This document shows positions 25,731-38,832 of a stretch of DNA of 64,000 nt, piece by piece. The notes under the pieces were generated by a model. The model had not been told where the DNA came from. It saw only the letters and a program-made list of their open reading frames with translations, and made no database searches. Made by a program: the position numbers and the translations under genes. The stretch is from Octopus vulgaris (lineage: Eukaryota), in the NCBI GenBank assembly GCA_951406725.2, contig OX597817.1:142042001-142106000 (forward strand). The letters are read 5' to 3'. Position 1 is the first letter of the stretch, and every line of letters starts with the position of its first letter.

Positions 25731-26460
25731 GAATTCTGGATAAACTTATGTGTGGACTGTGCGCCCATGTTTATCACTCATCACTTGCTCAAAAGAAATA
25801 GAAAAAATAAAAATTTACGTCACCCTGCTTCGTGTGACACAACTTTGTTCACGCAGGCACGCATGTTAAACATTGCCCATTGCTCATATTTCTCTAATAT
25901 AACAAATGTATACGAAGCTAGAGAAATGAATATAACCTGCGGCTTGCAAGAGAATGCATGCTAAGTAAAAATTCTTACGCGTTCATCTCGAATAACTTAA
26001 GAAATAAAACTATGCCGAGCATTCAATAAAGTGTCCTGTTAGCCTAACATTGTTGCATATATATGTTTTCAGGCTCCAGTTAATACGACTATATTTGTTT
26101 ATGAATATTCACTTTACGTAGAAATGGATAAAGAAAAAAATATTCGATATTTTTTTTTCCTTCATATATACATTAAATGTAACAATATATAGATTTCTTG
26201 TTGTGTACATTTTAATACATTATGACATGTTTTTCATGGCAGATTACAGGTTGAGTTGTTTCTTTCAATGAACGGTTTGCAGTCAGTCTTTTGAGGAATG
26301 GACAGATAAATTAGCACGAACAGCTCGCGTTGACAGTCAAATAAGACACAGAGAATGACACGATGGATTATTCTATTGGACTGTTAGTACAAACATTTTC
26401 TATATTTATAGAAAAATATAGCAGGAGTATGTTGCATTCTATGTAAGTGCATAATGCATG

Positions 26461-26494
<34 letters not shown>

Positions 26495-26501
26495 TATACA
26501 C

Positions 26502-26564
<63 letters not shown>

Positions 26565-26614
26565 TATATACATTCATATATTTATACATGTATATAAATA
26601 TATATATGTGTATT

Positions 26615-26650
<36 letters not shown>

Positions 26651-27246
26651 CATACACAAACAAACATATATACAAAGAGAGAGAGAGAGAGAAAGAGAGA
26701 GACAGCGAGAGAGAACGATAGAGATAAATATAGGTGTAGACTATAAACTCTACACATATATCCATCAACTTAATCATTATATATATGTAAATATATAGCT
26801 ATATCCACATATACATCTTTCAATGTATATATATCTATCTACCTAACAATCTATCAATCTAAATATATTAAATATATATATATATATATCCATACATACG
26901 TACATACATACTGATAGACTGACATACAGACATATATACATACATACTTATATATTACTATCCACATGCATATATACATTGTATATATACACATATACAT
27001 TGTACGTTGTAGAATATCACATTGACACTATAAGTAAGGTAATATTTTATTCATCTGGAGCTTTGCCAGAAATTACAAGCTCCAGTAGTTCTTTATAAAA
27101 CTATCGAAGTGAATCCTGACTCACTTGTTCAAAGAATTCCGTATATATTTTCCTTGGACGTTAATGTGTAGAACTGGTAAATTATTGATGCATCAATCTT
27201 CACGTGTATATATTTATGTATATCCACATATGTATGTTTATGTGCG

Positions 27247-27330
<84 letters not shown>

Positions 27331-27602
27331 CGCATGTGTGAATCTCTGTATATGTGTGTTTCTGTGTGCGTAGTATACATAAATATATGTATAGCATAAT
27401 ATATGTATGTATACATGTGTATATGTATGTACATAGATGCCTAAGGATAAATGCATACATTTCTTTGTATGAGATCGCATATTCGTCAGTGTGCGTGTCA
27501 CAGAACGTACATGGTCGTATATATGTATGTATATATATAAACATATATATTATTATATATATATATATATATATACATATATACACATACGTGTATGCAT
27601 AC

Positions 27603-27647
<45 letters not shown>

Positions 27648-27668
27648 TACACATACGTGTATGCATAC

Positions 27669-27710
<42 letters not shown>

Positions 27711-28444
27711 CCGCAAGCACATAGACACAGTCACTCACACGCAAATACATCAAGAGTAGAGGGAAGTGATTACATGTTATAGAAAATATAGTACAACTGG
27801 AAATGAACAATCTTATATTTATCTATATATTTCGGTTGTTCATATGCGTTTCTAACATCTTTTGCCTAACAAATTCTATATATAACTTTGCATATGAATA
27901 CACAGACAAACAAACACACACATACACACACACACACCCACACACACACACACTCACACACACACACACATAGACATATATATATATATGCCAGTTAATA
28001 TACACAGTATAAAGATTAGACTTATAGATTGCTGTGAAGACATGTGGCTTCTCAAGTTTTAAGGACGTGTCTTCACAGCAAGAAACTATAAGTAGTTCTT
28101 AGTTTTGTAGTGCGTACATTAAATCATATTTATCTCTTACTGGACGGTGTACTGTTTTGGTTGGACATGTATATAAACATAATAATAAAATGTATTCTTG
28201 TGATGATGAAGCTATCCATGATGAAAGTGAAGATAACGATGAAGGCGAAGACGACGAAGATGACGATCTAATATTTATACACACATACAGAGATATTTTT
28301 ATATATATATATATTCCGTAAATAACATTTTATAAGCTTAAAAGCTTATAAGCGATGACAGTGTATTGACTAAAGGAAATAATATGATATTGCGGGATGT
28401 AAGCCCTCGACGGGCTTAAATGTATATATATATATATACCCACA

Positions 28445-28885
28445 TACATATGAGAGGGATGGCCACTATGCTAGAAGTAGATCCGCCATGGTCTTACCAC
28501 TAAGAAATATTCTCAAGAAAGATTTAGCAAACACCCAAACGTAAGCGAGCAAGACAAAGGAAAAGTAACAAAAATATAGATTAATCACATACATGTTTCA
28601 CTATTAACAGATTACGTAATTTTACTTACGCAATTTGTCCGTAGATCTTCAGTGTTACCATCAATACAAATATAATTTGCAGAACTATACACGAGGACGT
28701 CCGCACGAGGTCGGACATGTATCTAGTTCTACCTGTTACACTTGTGATTATTTTTCATTTGTCTTGCTGGCATAAGTTTTGGTGTTTGCTAAATTTTTCT
28801 TGAGAACATTTCTAATGGTAAGACCATAGCGGATCTACTTCTAGCATAAGGGCTGTTCACATAGTGGTCATCCCTCTCATATGTA
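28445..28885. mobile_element. Inverted-repeat unit (pLTR-like arms ~28445-28540 / 28780-28885) enclosing a hammerhead
   Basis: catatgagagggatggccactatg...ttctcaagaaagatttagcaaacacc vs ggtgtttgctaaatttttcttgagaa...tagtggtcatccctctcatatg; related sequence at 50368-50470. Confidence 0.75.
28587..28655 (-). ncRNA. Hammerhead motif with long stem II
   Basis: Reverse complement ACA-CTGAAGA-T-CTACGGACAAATTGCGTAA(gtaaaa)TTACGTAATCTGTTAATAG-T-GAAA-CATG-TA-TGT; palindromic ACATGT stem III, GUA triplet. Confidence 0.75.
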
Positions 28886-29025
28886 TATAATACAATTTAC
28901 TGAACCTTCAGATTTTAATATCGTAGACCTCTGCTGTTAAATTGATGTTAATTAAATTAATATGCAATTTCTCACACTCATTTTAAATTTATATATATAT
29001 TTATATAAACATATAACATATAAGG

Positions 29026-29062
<37 letters not shown>

Positions 29063-29567
29063 CTAATGCTTACATATATGTGCATATATGTGTGTGCGTA
29101 GACACACTGCATATATTTGAATATTAATGAATGGTCAATGTCACTTAATAATCTTATGAATTAATCGTGTAATCTCGTGACAAGCCATATCATTTTGGGA
29201 ACTTCCCACATAAATATTCAGTTATCACCGCATACGCAGTGATGTAGACTGCATACTCGCAGGCGGCAACTGAAGCCGCAATGCTTTGAGTTGTCGGCCT
29301 TTCTTCTCCAAATAATAAAATAAGCTAAACATCATATTATCCTTAACCGCCGCTTGTATTGAAGTTATTTTAGTTTGAACGTATTTGAAATAATTAAACC
29401 TACTTCCAGTTAATTAAAACTCTGTCTAGCACGGCTTAATAACTAAATTGATAATTAAAGTTTCATAATGTTGAGTTGAGTATGTGAACATTTAAGCGAT
29501 AACCTGATATGATGTCAACTCGATCCGTCAGAAAACGATAAAATTGTTGCTGTTTATATCGTTAGAG

Positions 29568-29735
29568 TCAGTGAGCCGGCAAATTCGTTAGCGCATGGAA
29601 CAAAATGGCTAACCGCATTTCTTCCTGCTTTTTGCGTTCAGAATTCACCGAGGTTGTCACCGAGGTTGACTGTGTCGATCATCCTCCTTGCTCGATGAAA
29701 TACGTACCAGCTGAGAGCTGGGGTCGTTGTAATCC
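29568..29735 (+). mobile_element. Diverged SINE family 2
   Basis: gtgagccggcaaattcgttagc...ccgaggttgac...gtaccag. Confidence 0.7.
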
Positions 29736-29736
29736 T

Positions 29737-30097
29737 GAAATAAGTAATTGACTAGCCCCATCCTGAAATAAGTAATCGACTATCCCCATCCTGAAATAAG
29801 TAATCTATCCCCACTCTCAAATAAAAAATCGACTATCCCCACCCTCAAATAAGAAATCGACTATCCCCGCCCTCAAATAAGAAATCGACTAGCCCCACCC
29901 TGAAATAAGATATCGACTAGTCCCACCCTGAAATAAGTAATCGACTAGTCCCACCCTGAAATAAGAAATCGACTAGCCCCACCCTGAAATAAGAAATCGA
30001 CTATCCCCAACCTCAAATAAGAAATCGACTAGCCCCACCCTGAAATATGAAATCGACTAGACCCACCCTAAAAAAAGTAATCGACTAGCCCCACCCT
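29737..30097 (+). repeat. 28-bp minisatellite, 13 copies
   Basis: Consensus gaaataagaaatcgactagccccaccct, head-to-tail with no spacers; third copy is 25 bp. Confidence 0.95.
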
Positions 30098-31109
30098 GAA
30101 AAATTTCAGGTCTAATGCCTTTAGTGGAAAGAATTATTTACATTTCTAAAGGCGACGAACGGACGGAATCTTTAGTGTATCGGACAAAATGCTTATCGGT
30201 TTAATCTCAACGTTCCCATCCCCAATGAATTTCTCGCCTTCTTTCAAATTTTGAAAGAATTATTTACATCGTTTTACTAAACTCCATTATATTTCTTGAA
30301 AAATTACATTTAATCATTAGCTATTTATCATCTTTTAATCTTTGTTTATTAATCAACATCTCATCGTTATCGTTATCTTTAGTTTATAGGCAAAATGTCG
30401 TAGACAGTAAAACTGCTGGTGAAACAAAAATGCAACTTCTTTCCGATTCCCGCTCCGTGTTTATATTTAGGATCGTCATCTTCTTAATTGCTATCGTCGT
30501 CCTCTTCGCCTTCATCGTTATCTTCACTTTCGTCATTGATAGCTACATCATCACAAGGATACATTTCTTTATTATATTTATATATATTTATATTTAAATT
30601 ATATAATTTATAATATTATTTATATATATTTATATTATAGAATTTATTATATTATATTCGGTGATTTTCTTTTAATTTATTTGTTTAAGATGGATGTCTT
30701 TAATTGGCAACGCTAAAGTCCAGTACTCCCAAGACAACAAAAGATTCGATGTATTAGTTTCTTTTATGATCATTAGATTACACAATTAAATTAGATTTCG
30801 AAATTCTTGAGTACTAATCAAAATTATTTTGAAATTAATTGGCTACCAAATCAAGTGAAACACATGACACAACCATAGATATTTGTGATGGTATAAGTCG
30901 AAGCTCGTATTAGAATTCGCTTTCATAAACAGTAAGAATACACTATCTCTAGATTCTGTTTAAGCAGAAAACAAAACAAAAAAGGGAAAGATCACTGACG
31001 TGGAAAAAATCTTCTGACGAGTACAGTTTCAAGAAACCCATTGTTTGAAGTATTTGGTTGCGTCAATTAACAATTTGGTTACATATTTTTTAATCGTTAT
31101 ATTCAAAGT

Positions 31110-31412
31110 GAAGGCGCATGGCTCAGTGGCTAGAGTGTCGAGTTTACGATCCTGAGGTGGTGAGTTCGAATCCCGGACCGGGCTGCGTGTTGTGCTCTTG
31201 AGCAAGACACTTTATTTCACGTTGCGACGTCACAGGTGCCAAGCTGTATCGGCCTTTGCTTTTCCCTTGGATAACATTGGTAGCGCGGAGAGGGGAAGCT
31301 GGTATGTATGGTCGACTGCTGGTCTTCCATAAACAACCTTGCCAGGACTTGTGCCTGGGAGGGTAACTTTCAAGGTGTAATTCCATGGTCAGTCATGGCC
31401 AAAGAGGGTCTC
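31110..31412 (+). mobile_element. tRNA-derived SINE (family 3-like head)
   Basis: A box tggctcagtgg, B box gagttcgaatccc, body cttgagcaagacactttatttcacgttg. Confidence 0.85.
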
Positions 31413-31719
31413 AGCATATTCAAAATGGCAACAGTTTTACTCTAGCTTCGGTTGCAGAAAATATGTAAAGAAATATATTTAGTGCTCAATTATTTTGTCC
31501 GAAATATTGCATAGAAAGCGCGGCTATCAATGTTAGAGCGTCAGTTTGTTTTGATTGATTTTCCTACCAATTTATATGTGTCATGAGATTATTGTATTTA
31601 GACTTCTTGTTTCAATTTTATTCTGATGTCTTATTGGTGAAAGTATTTAGATTTAAGAGTGATAAAGTTCATAATTGGTTGTTAAAATAAAATGTATATG
31701 CATTTATAAGAATTCATAT

Positions 31720-32530
31720 TCACGATGTATAGATAATGAACAAAACTTATGAATCACTGCGTAAATTTAAAAAGCAATTTAACAGAATATGATTTGGATT
31801 ACCTAATTAATTTTGAAGGAAAAAAAAGGAACTTTTACGGATTACCGAAAATTCATAAACCTAAAGAAATACGTAACAGTTTCAAGAACCTCCTTATAGT
31901 ATATACAATCAGTCTCAAACCGCCTTATTTAAAATTACACCCGATTGCGACAGGAATATAAGGCACCTAATGATGAATTAATTTACCAGAGATAAGACTG
32001 AAACCATTTTGTAAACTGATTCTTAGTTTCATCGATGATAATCTGGATTTACTAAATACCATCCCAGAAAGGGTAAATATTCGAAGGATATTTACACAAT
32101 CAACCTCCACATAGATATCTTCTATGAATTAGGATTGAGAGCAATAGAATTCTGGATAGACAAAAACCAACACAATTCAGGACAGATTCCCAGAAGAATT
32201 TATATTAGAATTATTAGAATTGGTGCTAGAAAACAACAAATATTTGTTTGATAGCGTTCAAATTAAAAGGAAGGTAAGGTACACGTAAGTTGGCCCCACG
32301 TTTGCAACACCTGTGATATGATTCCTGAAACAAAAATAATCTAACATCGATCAGGGTTACATTTGATGAGCATCTCTACTCGTTTTCGAAACACAAGCGT
32401 AAAAGACTTCTGAATGACTCTTCCATATTACGGAAATGAACTGAAGGTACATTTCTCCTTTGATCGTCTTAGTAAAAGATGCGGAGGTCACGTATACTAA
32501 TTTAAGGATGATTCAGGTGGAATCCACATT
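31720..32530 (+). pseudogene. Highly degenerate Penelope-like RT fragment
   Basis: NFYGLPKIHKPKEI...LKLHPIATG (PLE FYGLPKIHK/LRPIV motif); downstream frames broken. Confidence 0.75.
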
Positions 32531-32733
32531 TAATTATGTCACAGGGTACATATAGAAAACAAGATAAAACAGGCGAGACTGCTTATAAAACATATAGGTA
32601 TTATATGTCACACGTACTTCCGTAAGAGAGTCAGACTATTAGTAATAGAAATTAGGTAATTGAGTTGTAATGTCAGCTCTTCAGAAATGTACAATTTCCT
32701 CCCAAATAGTCCTTGATTAGTGAGGGGTTTTGG

Positions 32734-32774
<41 letters not shown>

Positions 32775-33545
32775 CGAAATGGGGCAATGACGCAAAACAT
32801 CCACACACTTAGGTGATACAAGAAAGGGACAACAAAACATCCAGATAGACGATATAAAGAAAACAAGGACGGGTTATTTGGAGTTTTTCTTTCAGATTAT
32901 CAATTTCGGCTGGTTATACTCGAGATTGCTCCAATCTGGCCAGCACAAAGGAAATGTGTACTTTTCCATCCCTCACATCCTCCAGCTACACACTTGCCTT
33001 TCATACAATTTTTTGTATATTTAACAGGAATATTTCGTAGCGAAGTGTTAAGAGTAGTAGGGCAAATGTAATATAGTATGTTTAACGTTCTTAGCCTTTA
33101 GTCTAGTTTAAAACGCGTCGATATTTCTAATGAAACATTGTATTATTCTCCTTCATCAACATCACTTCGAATTTAAGTGTTTTTAGGCGTGACTAATAAA
33201 TGCTAGGTTATAGTTATCAGCCCAGGTAATTATCTCTCATAACATGAGTTAAAATATGAGCGCATAAGGAGAGAGTCTCATCGGAATTAATTGATTCATA
33301 CAGTGTGATGTGTGTCTTCAGTGAAGCTGTATATATTACTTTATGCTAGAGAGAGCTTGTCATCTAAATCTTCAATGACATCCAAGAGAAATGTGTTTAT
33401 GGGAAATAATTATTTTTACAAATAAAACAAGGCCAGTTTCAATTCCCAGCAAATGCTAATTTATTTTTCTTCGGTGTTAACGATGTTAAAAATGTATAAA
33501 CCTCATGACACTCATTATATAATCCGTTGTATTTAAAATAATAGC

Positions 33546-33876
33546 AAGAGCACTCAGAGAGCGCAAACCTCCGTCCTCTCAATGATTAGCTGGAGATGAT
33601 TTTTTAAATGAGAATATCTGAAAAAAAAAACACGACTGCTCGCACAAACGAGAATACTAAATATGAACTCGACCGCTCTCAAAAATTAAGTAAAAAAAAA
33701 AACAGGAGAAATAACCCAGAATCCTTGTCCGGTACCGAATCGATCCCAGAATCTAATCAGTTCCTGTCAGTCATGAGGCCAAATATCTTTGAATCCATCC
33801 AGCGGTTCTTGAGATATCTTGCCCACAGACAAACAAACGCAATTGAAAAGAATACCACTTTCTTTGCTAAGGCGGA
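33546..33876 (-). mobile_element. Helentron-associated (HINE-like) element
   Basis: Reverse complement of the 24917-25264 family. Confidence 0.7.
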
Positions 33877-33890
33877 TGATGATGATGATG

Positions 33891-33951
<61 letters not shown>

Positions 33952-33954
<3 letters not shown>

Positions 33955-34881
33955 CCAAAGAGAGCGAATAATGCAGATGTTGACAAAACCCTGACCCATC
34001 AATGGCTAATGGCCTCTGGCTTAAAATCTGAAACAGAGGGGTTTATCATAGCAGCTCAAGATCAATGCCTACCAACAAGAAATTACCAGGCCAACATATT
34101 AAAGATCGGCAGTAGCCCAACGTGTCGTGTATGCCAGCAACAAAATGAAATCATTGATCATGTGGTCTCCAAGTGCAGTCTTCTAGCGCCTACAGAGTAT
34201 CTCAACAGACATGATAGAGCTGCACAATATATTCACTGGGTAATCTGCAAAAACCTGGATTTGCCCCATGAAAAAAACTGGTGGGAACACAAACCACCCC
34301 CAGTGCTTGAAAATGACCACATTTTACTCCTCTGGAACTTCACCATTCAAACTGACAGAAAGATAGATGCAAATAGGTCAGACATCATATTGAAAGACTT
34401 CAAACAAAGAACATGCTTTCTCATTGATATGACTGTCCCAATCGATATAAACGTATCTGTCAAGACCTACCAAAAACTGAGCAAATATAAAGATCTTGAA
34501 ATAGAAATCAGCAAAATGTGGAACCTGAAGACTAAAACAATACCTGTTGTCATAGGTGCCCTGGGAATGATAGCAAAAGGGGCTGATTGCTACCTAACTC
34601 AGATACCAGGAAACCCAAAAATGGCAGAAATTCAAAAGATAGTGCTCATGGGAACTGCTCATATCCTACGCAAAATACTTTCTATGTAATCTCAAGGTTT
34701 AAAACAAACATTTTTTTTCTTTTTTCTTTCTTTTAGGCATCCACTAGTGCAACACAAAAAACAACCAAATATATGGCACACTAGGCATAACAACAACGTG
34801 AACTTCCAACTTGTTGTCTCTTGAGGTCTCCGGGTGAGACTTGGTGCCAACCTGTACAAATATAAAGAAAAAGTCAAACAT
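33952..34881 (+). mobile_element. Dong/R4-like LINE, 5'-truncated: CCHC zinc knuckle + REL endonuclease (ORF 34009-34689) and 3' UTR
   Basis: CRVCQQQNEIIDHVVSKC, RHD, ANRSDIILKD...LIDMTVP...KLSKY; inserted in (AAT)n. Confidence 0.92.
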
Positions 34882-34903
34882 AATAATAATAATAATAATA
34901 ATA

Positions 34904-35919
34904 AGCAGGCTGAATGAAATGCGCCAACTGCAGCTGCAAATAAAATAAAATTAATTGCAAAGACAAAAGCACATGAAAATTTAGCTAGCAGATGGGAACA
35001 GAAACCTTTCCATGGTAAGTATGTGGCCCGTAGCAAACAAGCTGATGTCGACCAGAAACACACGCACCAACGGTTACGAAGTTCAGGGCTAAAAGCAGAG
35101 AGTGAAGGTTTCATATTAGCTGTTCAAGGCCAAAGCTTATTTACCCGGAACTACCAAGCCAATGTGATGAAAAATGGAGCTCACCCAAAATGCCGATTCT
35201 GTAACGATGAGATTGAAACAATAGACCACCTAATCTCAGGGTGTAGAGTATTAGCACCTGCAGAATATAAAGCAAGACATGACAGAGTCGGCCAGTATTT
35301 ACACTGGACAATATGTCGGCATTATAAAATCAAAACCGCTGCCAAATGGTATAAACATCATCCTGAAGCTGTGACTGAGGGAGAAAATGTGTCGATTCTA
35401 TGGGACTTCCCCGTGCAGACCGACAGGACTATAAAAGCCAATAAACCGGATATCATTTTAAAAGATCAGACAAAAAGGATGTGTTTATTAATTGACATGA
35501 GCATTCCCTGTGATCACAATATAGCGGCGAAAGAATTTGACAAGATTAGTAAATATAAAGACCTGCTAATGGAAATTGAAAAAATGTGGCATCTCAAGAC
35601 GACTACAGTACCAGTGATTGTAGGATCTCTAGGAATGATAAAAAAAAGGTACTGAAACCTATTTGAAAATGCTTCCAGGCTTACCATCCCTACAGGAAGT
35701 GCAAAAAATCGTATTAACTGGAACGGCTCATGTACTGAGAAGAGCACTATCGTTGTGAAAATAACATCCATCCATGAATTTATTTATTTAATAATTTTTA
35801 AATACATATTTTATCTGTGAATTTGCGCGTGTAATCTGGGAATGTATACAATGCCCTTCTCTGCCCTAGGTGTATGGTAAACACTCGGCGAGAAACGGAA
35901 GAAAATTTGAAGACAGAAG

Positions 35920-35921
<2 letters not shown>
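34904..35921 (+). mobile_element. Second Dong/R4-like LINE subfamily, 5'-truncated (ORF 35023-35655, frameshift at A-run ~35640)
   Basis: CRFCNDEIETIDHLISGC, RHD, ANKPDIILKD...LIDMSIP...KISKY; different 3' UTR; flanked by (AAT)n. Confidence 0.92.
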
Positions 35922-36012
<91 letters not shown>

Positions 36013-36120
36013 GACATAAAGCAAAAGTCAAACATAGAATAATAATAATACTTGTACAGACATAAAGCAAAAGTCAAACATAGAATAATAATAGTAATAA
36101 TGATGATGATGATAATCATG

Positions 36121-36213
<93 letters not shown>

Positions 36214-36272
36214 GACATAAAGCAAAAGTCAAACATAGAATAATAATAGTAATAATGATGATGATAATCATG

Positions 36273-36343
<71 letters not shown>

Positions 36344-36404
36344 TATAACAACAACAACAACAACAATAACAATACAAATAATAATAACAATAATAATAAT
36401 ATTA

Positions 36405-36446
<42 letters not shown>

Positions 36447-36454
36447 GTAATAAA

Positions 36455-37008
36455 TGCCCTGATGCAGTACCAGGCAGTGGCTCTCATGACTTCTGATCTT
36501 AACTGATTGGAAGTGTTATCATGTACATTGTTTTGTCTTGCTATAAAAGATGGGCTACAGCAAACATTCTGCTCAATACCACAGATTTGCTTGTCAGTTG
36601 TTTGACCTTAACCAGTTGAGCATGTCCCTTAGTGGCTGACGATATGTGCATCTCTGATCACGAGCAGAAGTAGTGGGGGAGCATCATAGCCATGTGTTGA
36701 GAGGGATTCTTTGGGGTTTGAATAATTCACCTCTGGAAACATGGGTGGTTCTTTCAACATCCTTAAAAAACCCTTATTCAGGGACCTTTTGAGCGGGATG
36801 GGCTACTCAACCTGAAGAAAATTCTAACTGGGCCCCACCTGCAAGGTCATGTGCTGTTTATCTTGATATGAGATCACCATGTCGCGCACATATGGTTGTG
36901 ATGCATGTGCCTGGTGTACCCTTATCAGACGGGTAGTCATGATGGGTATATTGGGCTTCGTATATTTTACCCCAGTGTCACTTTGATGGCATGAACTGCT
37001 CTCTCACT
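36455..37008 (+). mobile_element. ~550-bp (AAT)n-associated element (copy 2)
   Basis: Matches 948-1501 end to end. Confidence 0.85.
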
Positions 37009-37009
37009 C

Positions 37010-37049
<40 letters not shown>

Positions 37050-37051
<2 letters not shown>

Positions 37052-37556
37052 TGATTGCAAGTGTTATCATGTACATTGTTTTGTCTTGGTATAAAAGATG
37101 GGCTACAGCAAATATTCTGCTCAATATCACTGATTTGCTTGTCAGTTGTTCGACATTAACCAGTTGAGCATGTCCCTTAATGGCTGACGATATGTGCATC
37201 TTTGATCACGAGCAGAAGTAGTGGGGAGCATCATAGCCATATGTTGAGAGGGATTCTTAGAGGTTTGGATACTTCACTTTTGGAAACATGGGTGATTCGT
37301 TCAACATCCTTAAGCAACCCTTGTTCAGGGACCTTTTGAGCGGGATGGACTACTCAGCCAGAAGAAAATTCTAAATGGGCCCCACCTGCAAGGTCATGTG
37401 CTGTTTCTCTTGATATGAGATCACCATGTTGCGCACATATGGTTGTGATGCATGTGCCTGGTGAACCCTTATAAGACGGGTAGTCATGATGGGTATAGTG
37501 GACTTCGTATTTTTTACCTCAGTGTCACTTTGATGGCATGCACTGCTCTCTCACTC

Positions 37557-37557
<1 letters not shown>
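37050..37557 (+). mobile_element. ~550-bp (AAT)n-associated element (copy 3, lacking first ~45 bp)
   Basis: Matches 36500-37008; same 3' end followed by (AAT)n. Confidence 0.85.
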
Positions 37558-37598
<41 letters not shown>

Positions 37599-37600
<2 letters not shown>

Positions 37601-37975
37601 GAGCACTCAGAGAGCGCAACCCTCCGCTAAGTCAACACCAACCTTCCTTCAAAGAATAGGCATGAGAGGATTTTTAGAATGAGAATAACTGAAATTAACT
37701 CGACCGCTCTCACAAACGCGAATACTAAATGTAAACCCCACCACTCTCAAAAACTAAGTAAATAAAACAGGAAAAACTAATACAGAACCCTTTTCTGATA
37801 CCAGATCGATCCCAAAACTTGATCAGTTTGTGCCAAATATCATGAGGCCGAACATCCCTGAAAATTTCATCCGAATCCATCCAGTGGTTCTTGAGCTATC
37901 TTGTCCACGGACAACCGACCAAACAAACGAACGCGATTGAAAACAATACCTCCGCCTTCGCTAAGACGAAGGTAA
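37599..37975 (-). mobile_element. Helentron-associated (HINE-like) element
   Basis: agagcactcagagagcgcaac...catccagtggttcttgagctatcttgtccac...cctccgcc. Confidence 0.7.
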
Positions 37976-38440
37976 TAATGTTGTCGTCTTCAGTTTTGTT
38001 TAATTTCATGTCGGGCGTGAGTGAGCAATCTTATGAGTAAAGACTTTCCACCGGTGACTACCACGTTAGTCTTTCATATACGACGTATTTAATAAATAAA
38101 TATTTATGCTCAACACTGCGTAAACGAGAGAACTTCAGATAAATTTTAAGTAATTAAACCATTTTTATGAATTCCCTTTGAAAGTCTAAACAGATGTCAT
38201 CACACCTTGTTATCTTTTTCGTACACAAAACAATAAAGAAACTTGTCTGATAGGTTATACGATTTGTTGATTGATTATTCATGAAGAGACAAGTAAACCT
38301 TCGCCTCGTCCCCGCGACGATAATTCAAAATGCTGATTGTATAAATTAATTTACTTTCGGTACTCTGAAAACTGTAGGCTAGTGCATATACGCTTATCAA
38401 CCAAATGACTTTGCCGCCAACCACTGTAAAATAAAGAAAT

Positions 38441-38832
38441 TACTACCAGTATCGCCCGGCGTTGCATGGGTTTGTTTCGACCCTTTAGAATTGGAATTTT
38501 TGAAAAGTAAAAACTTTGCATTATGTAGCTTGTCATTCTCTTAAGTGAACATTTTGCTGGTTGAAATACACCGAAAAATGGCGACATAGCAGTCAAAAAA
38601 TCGTAAAAAATAGGGATTTTCATAGAATAAAAGTACCTTTTTGATGTAAATAATATTTGGTCTTAACATGGTCCGATTTGATTTTTTTTTTCTCCTACGG
38701 AAGGAACAGCAAGCCTTCTATCATACTCTCAATTTTGGTCAACTTGTGCCGCAGGGTCTCGGAGGAGATAGTGTTAGTTGAAGGCTACCAAACCTGCCAT
38801 ACACAGACAACTTCAGCTTTATATAGAGAGAG
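38441..38832 (-). mobile_element. Non-autonomous Helitron-like element
   Basis: Plus strand starts tactaccagtatcgcccggcgttgcatggg (reverse of 3' hairpin + degenerate CTAG) and ends ctttatatagagaga (reverse of 5' TC end). Confidence 0.6.

Noticed and set aside
26368-27810. Numerous YI/IY/CV-repeat ORFs here and at 40137-40604, 47225-48178, 51303-51670, 59651-60705
   Set aside because: Translations of (TA)n/(CA)n/(GA)n microsatellites.
29737-30097. CRISPR-like 28-bp repeat array
   Set aside because: Units are contiguous with no unique spacers, there are no cas genes, and the context is a eukaryotic SINE.
31011-31040. CTGACGA...GAAAC match
   Set aside because: No stem II or stem I pairing; chance match.
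36455-36800. HDV-like ribozyme at the 5' end of the 550-bp element (GCCCTGA could pair with TCAGGG ~320 nt downstream)
   Set aside because: Could not identify P3/L3/P1.1 or J4/2 elements by eye.
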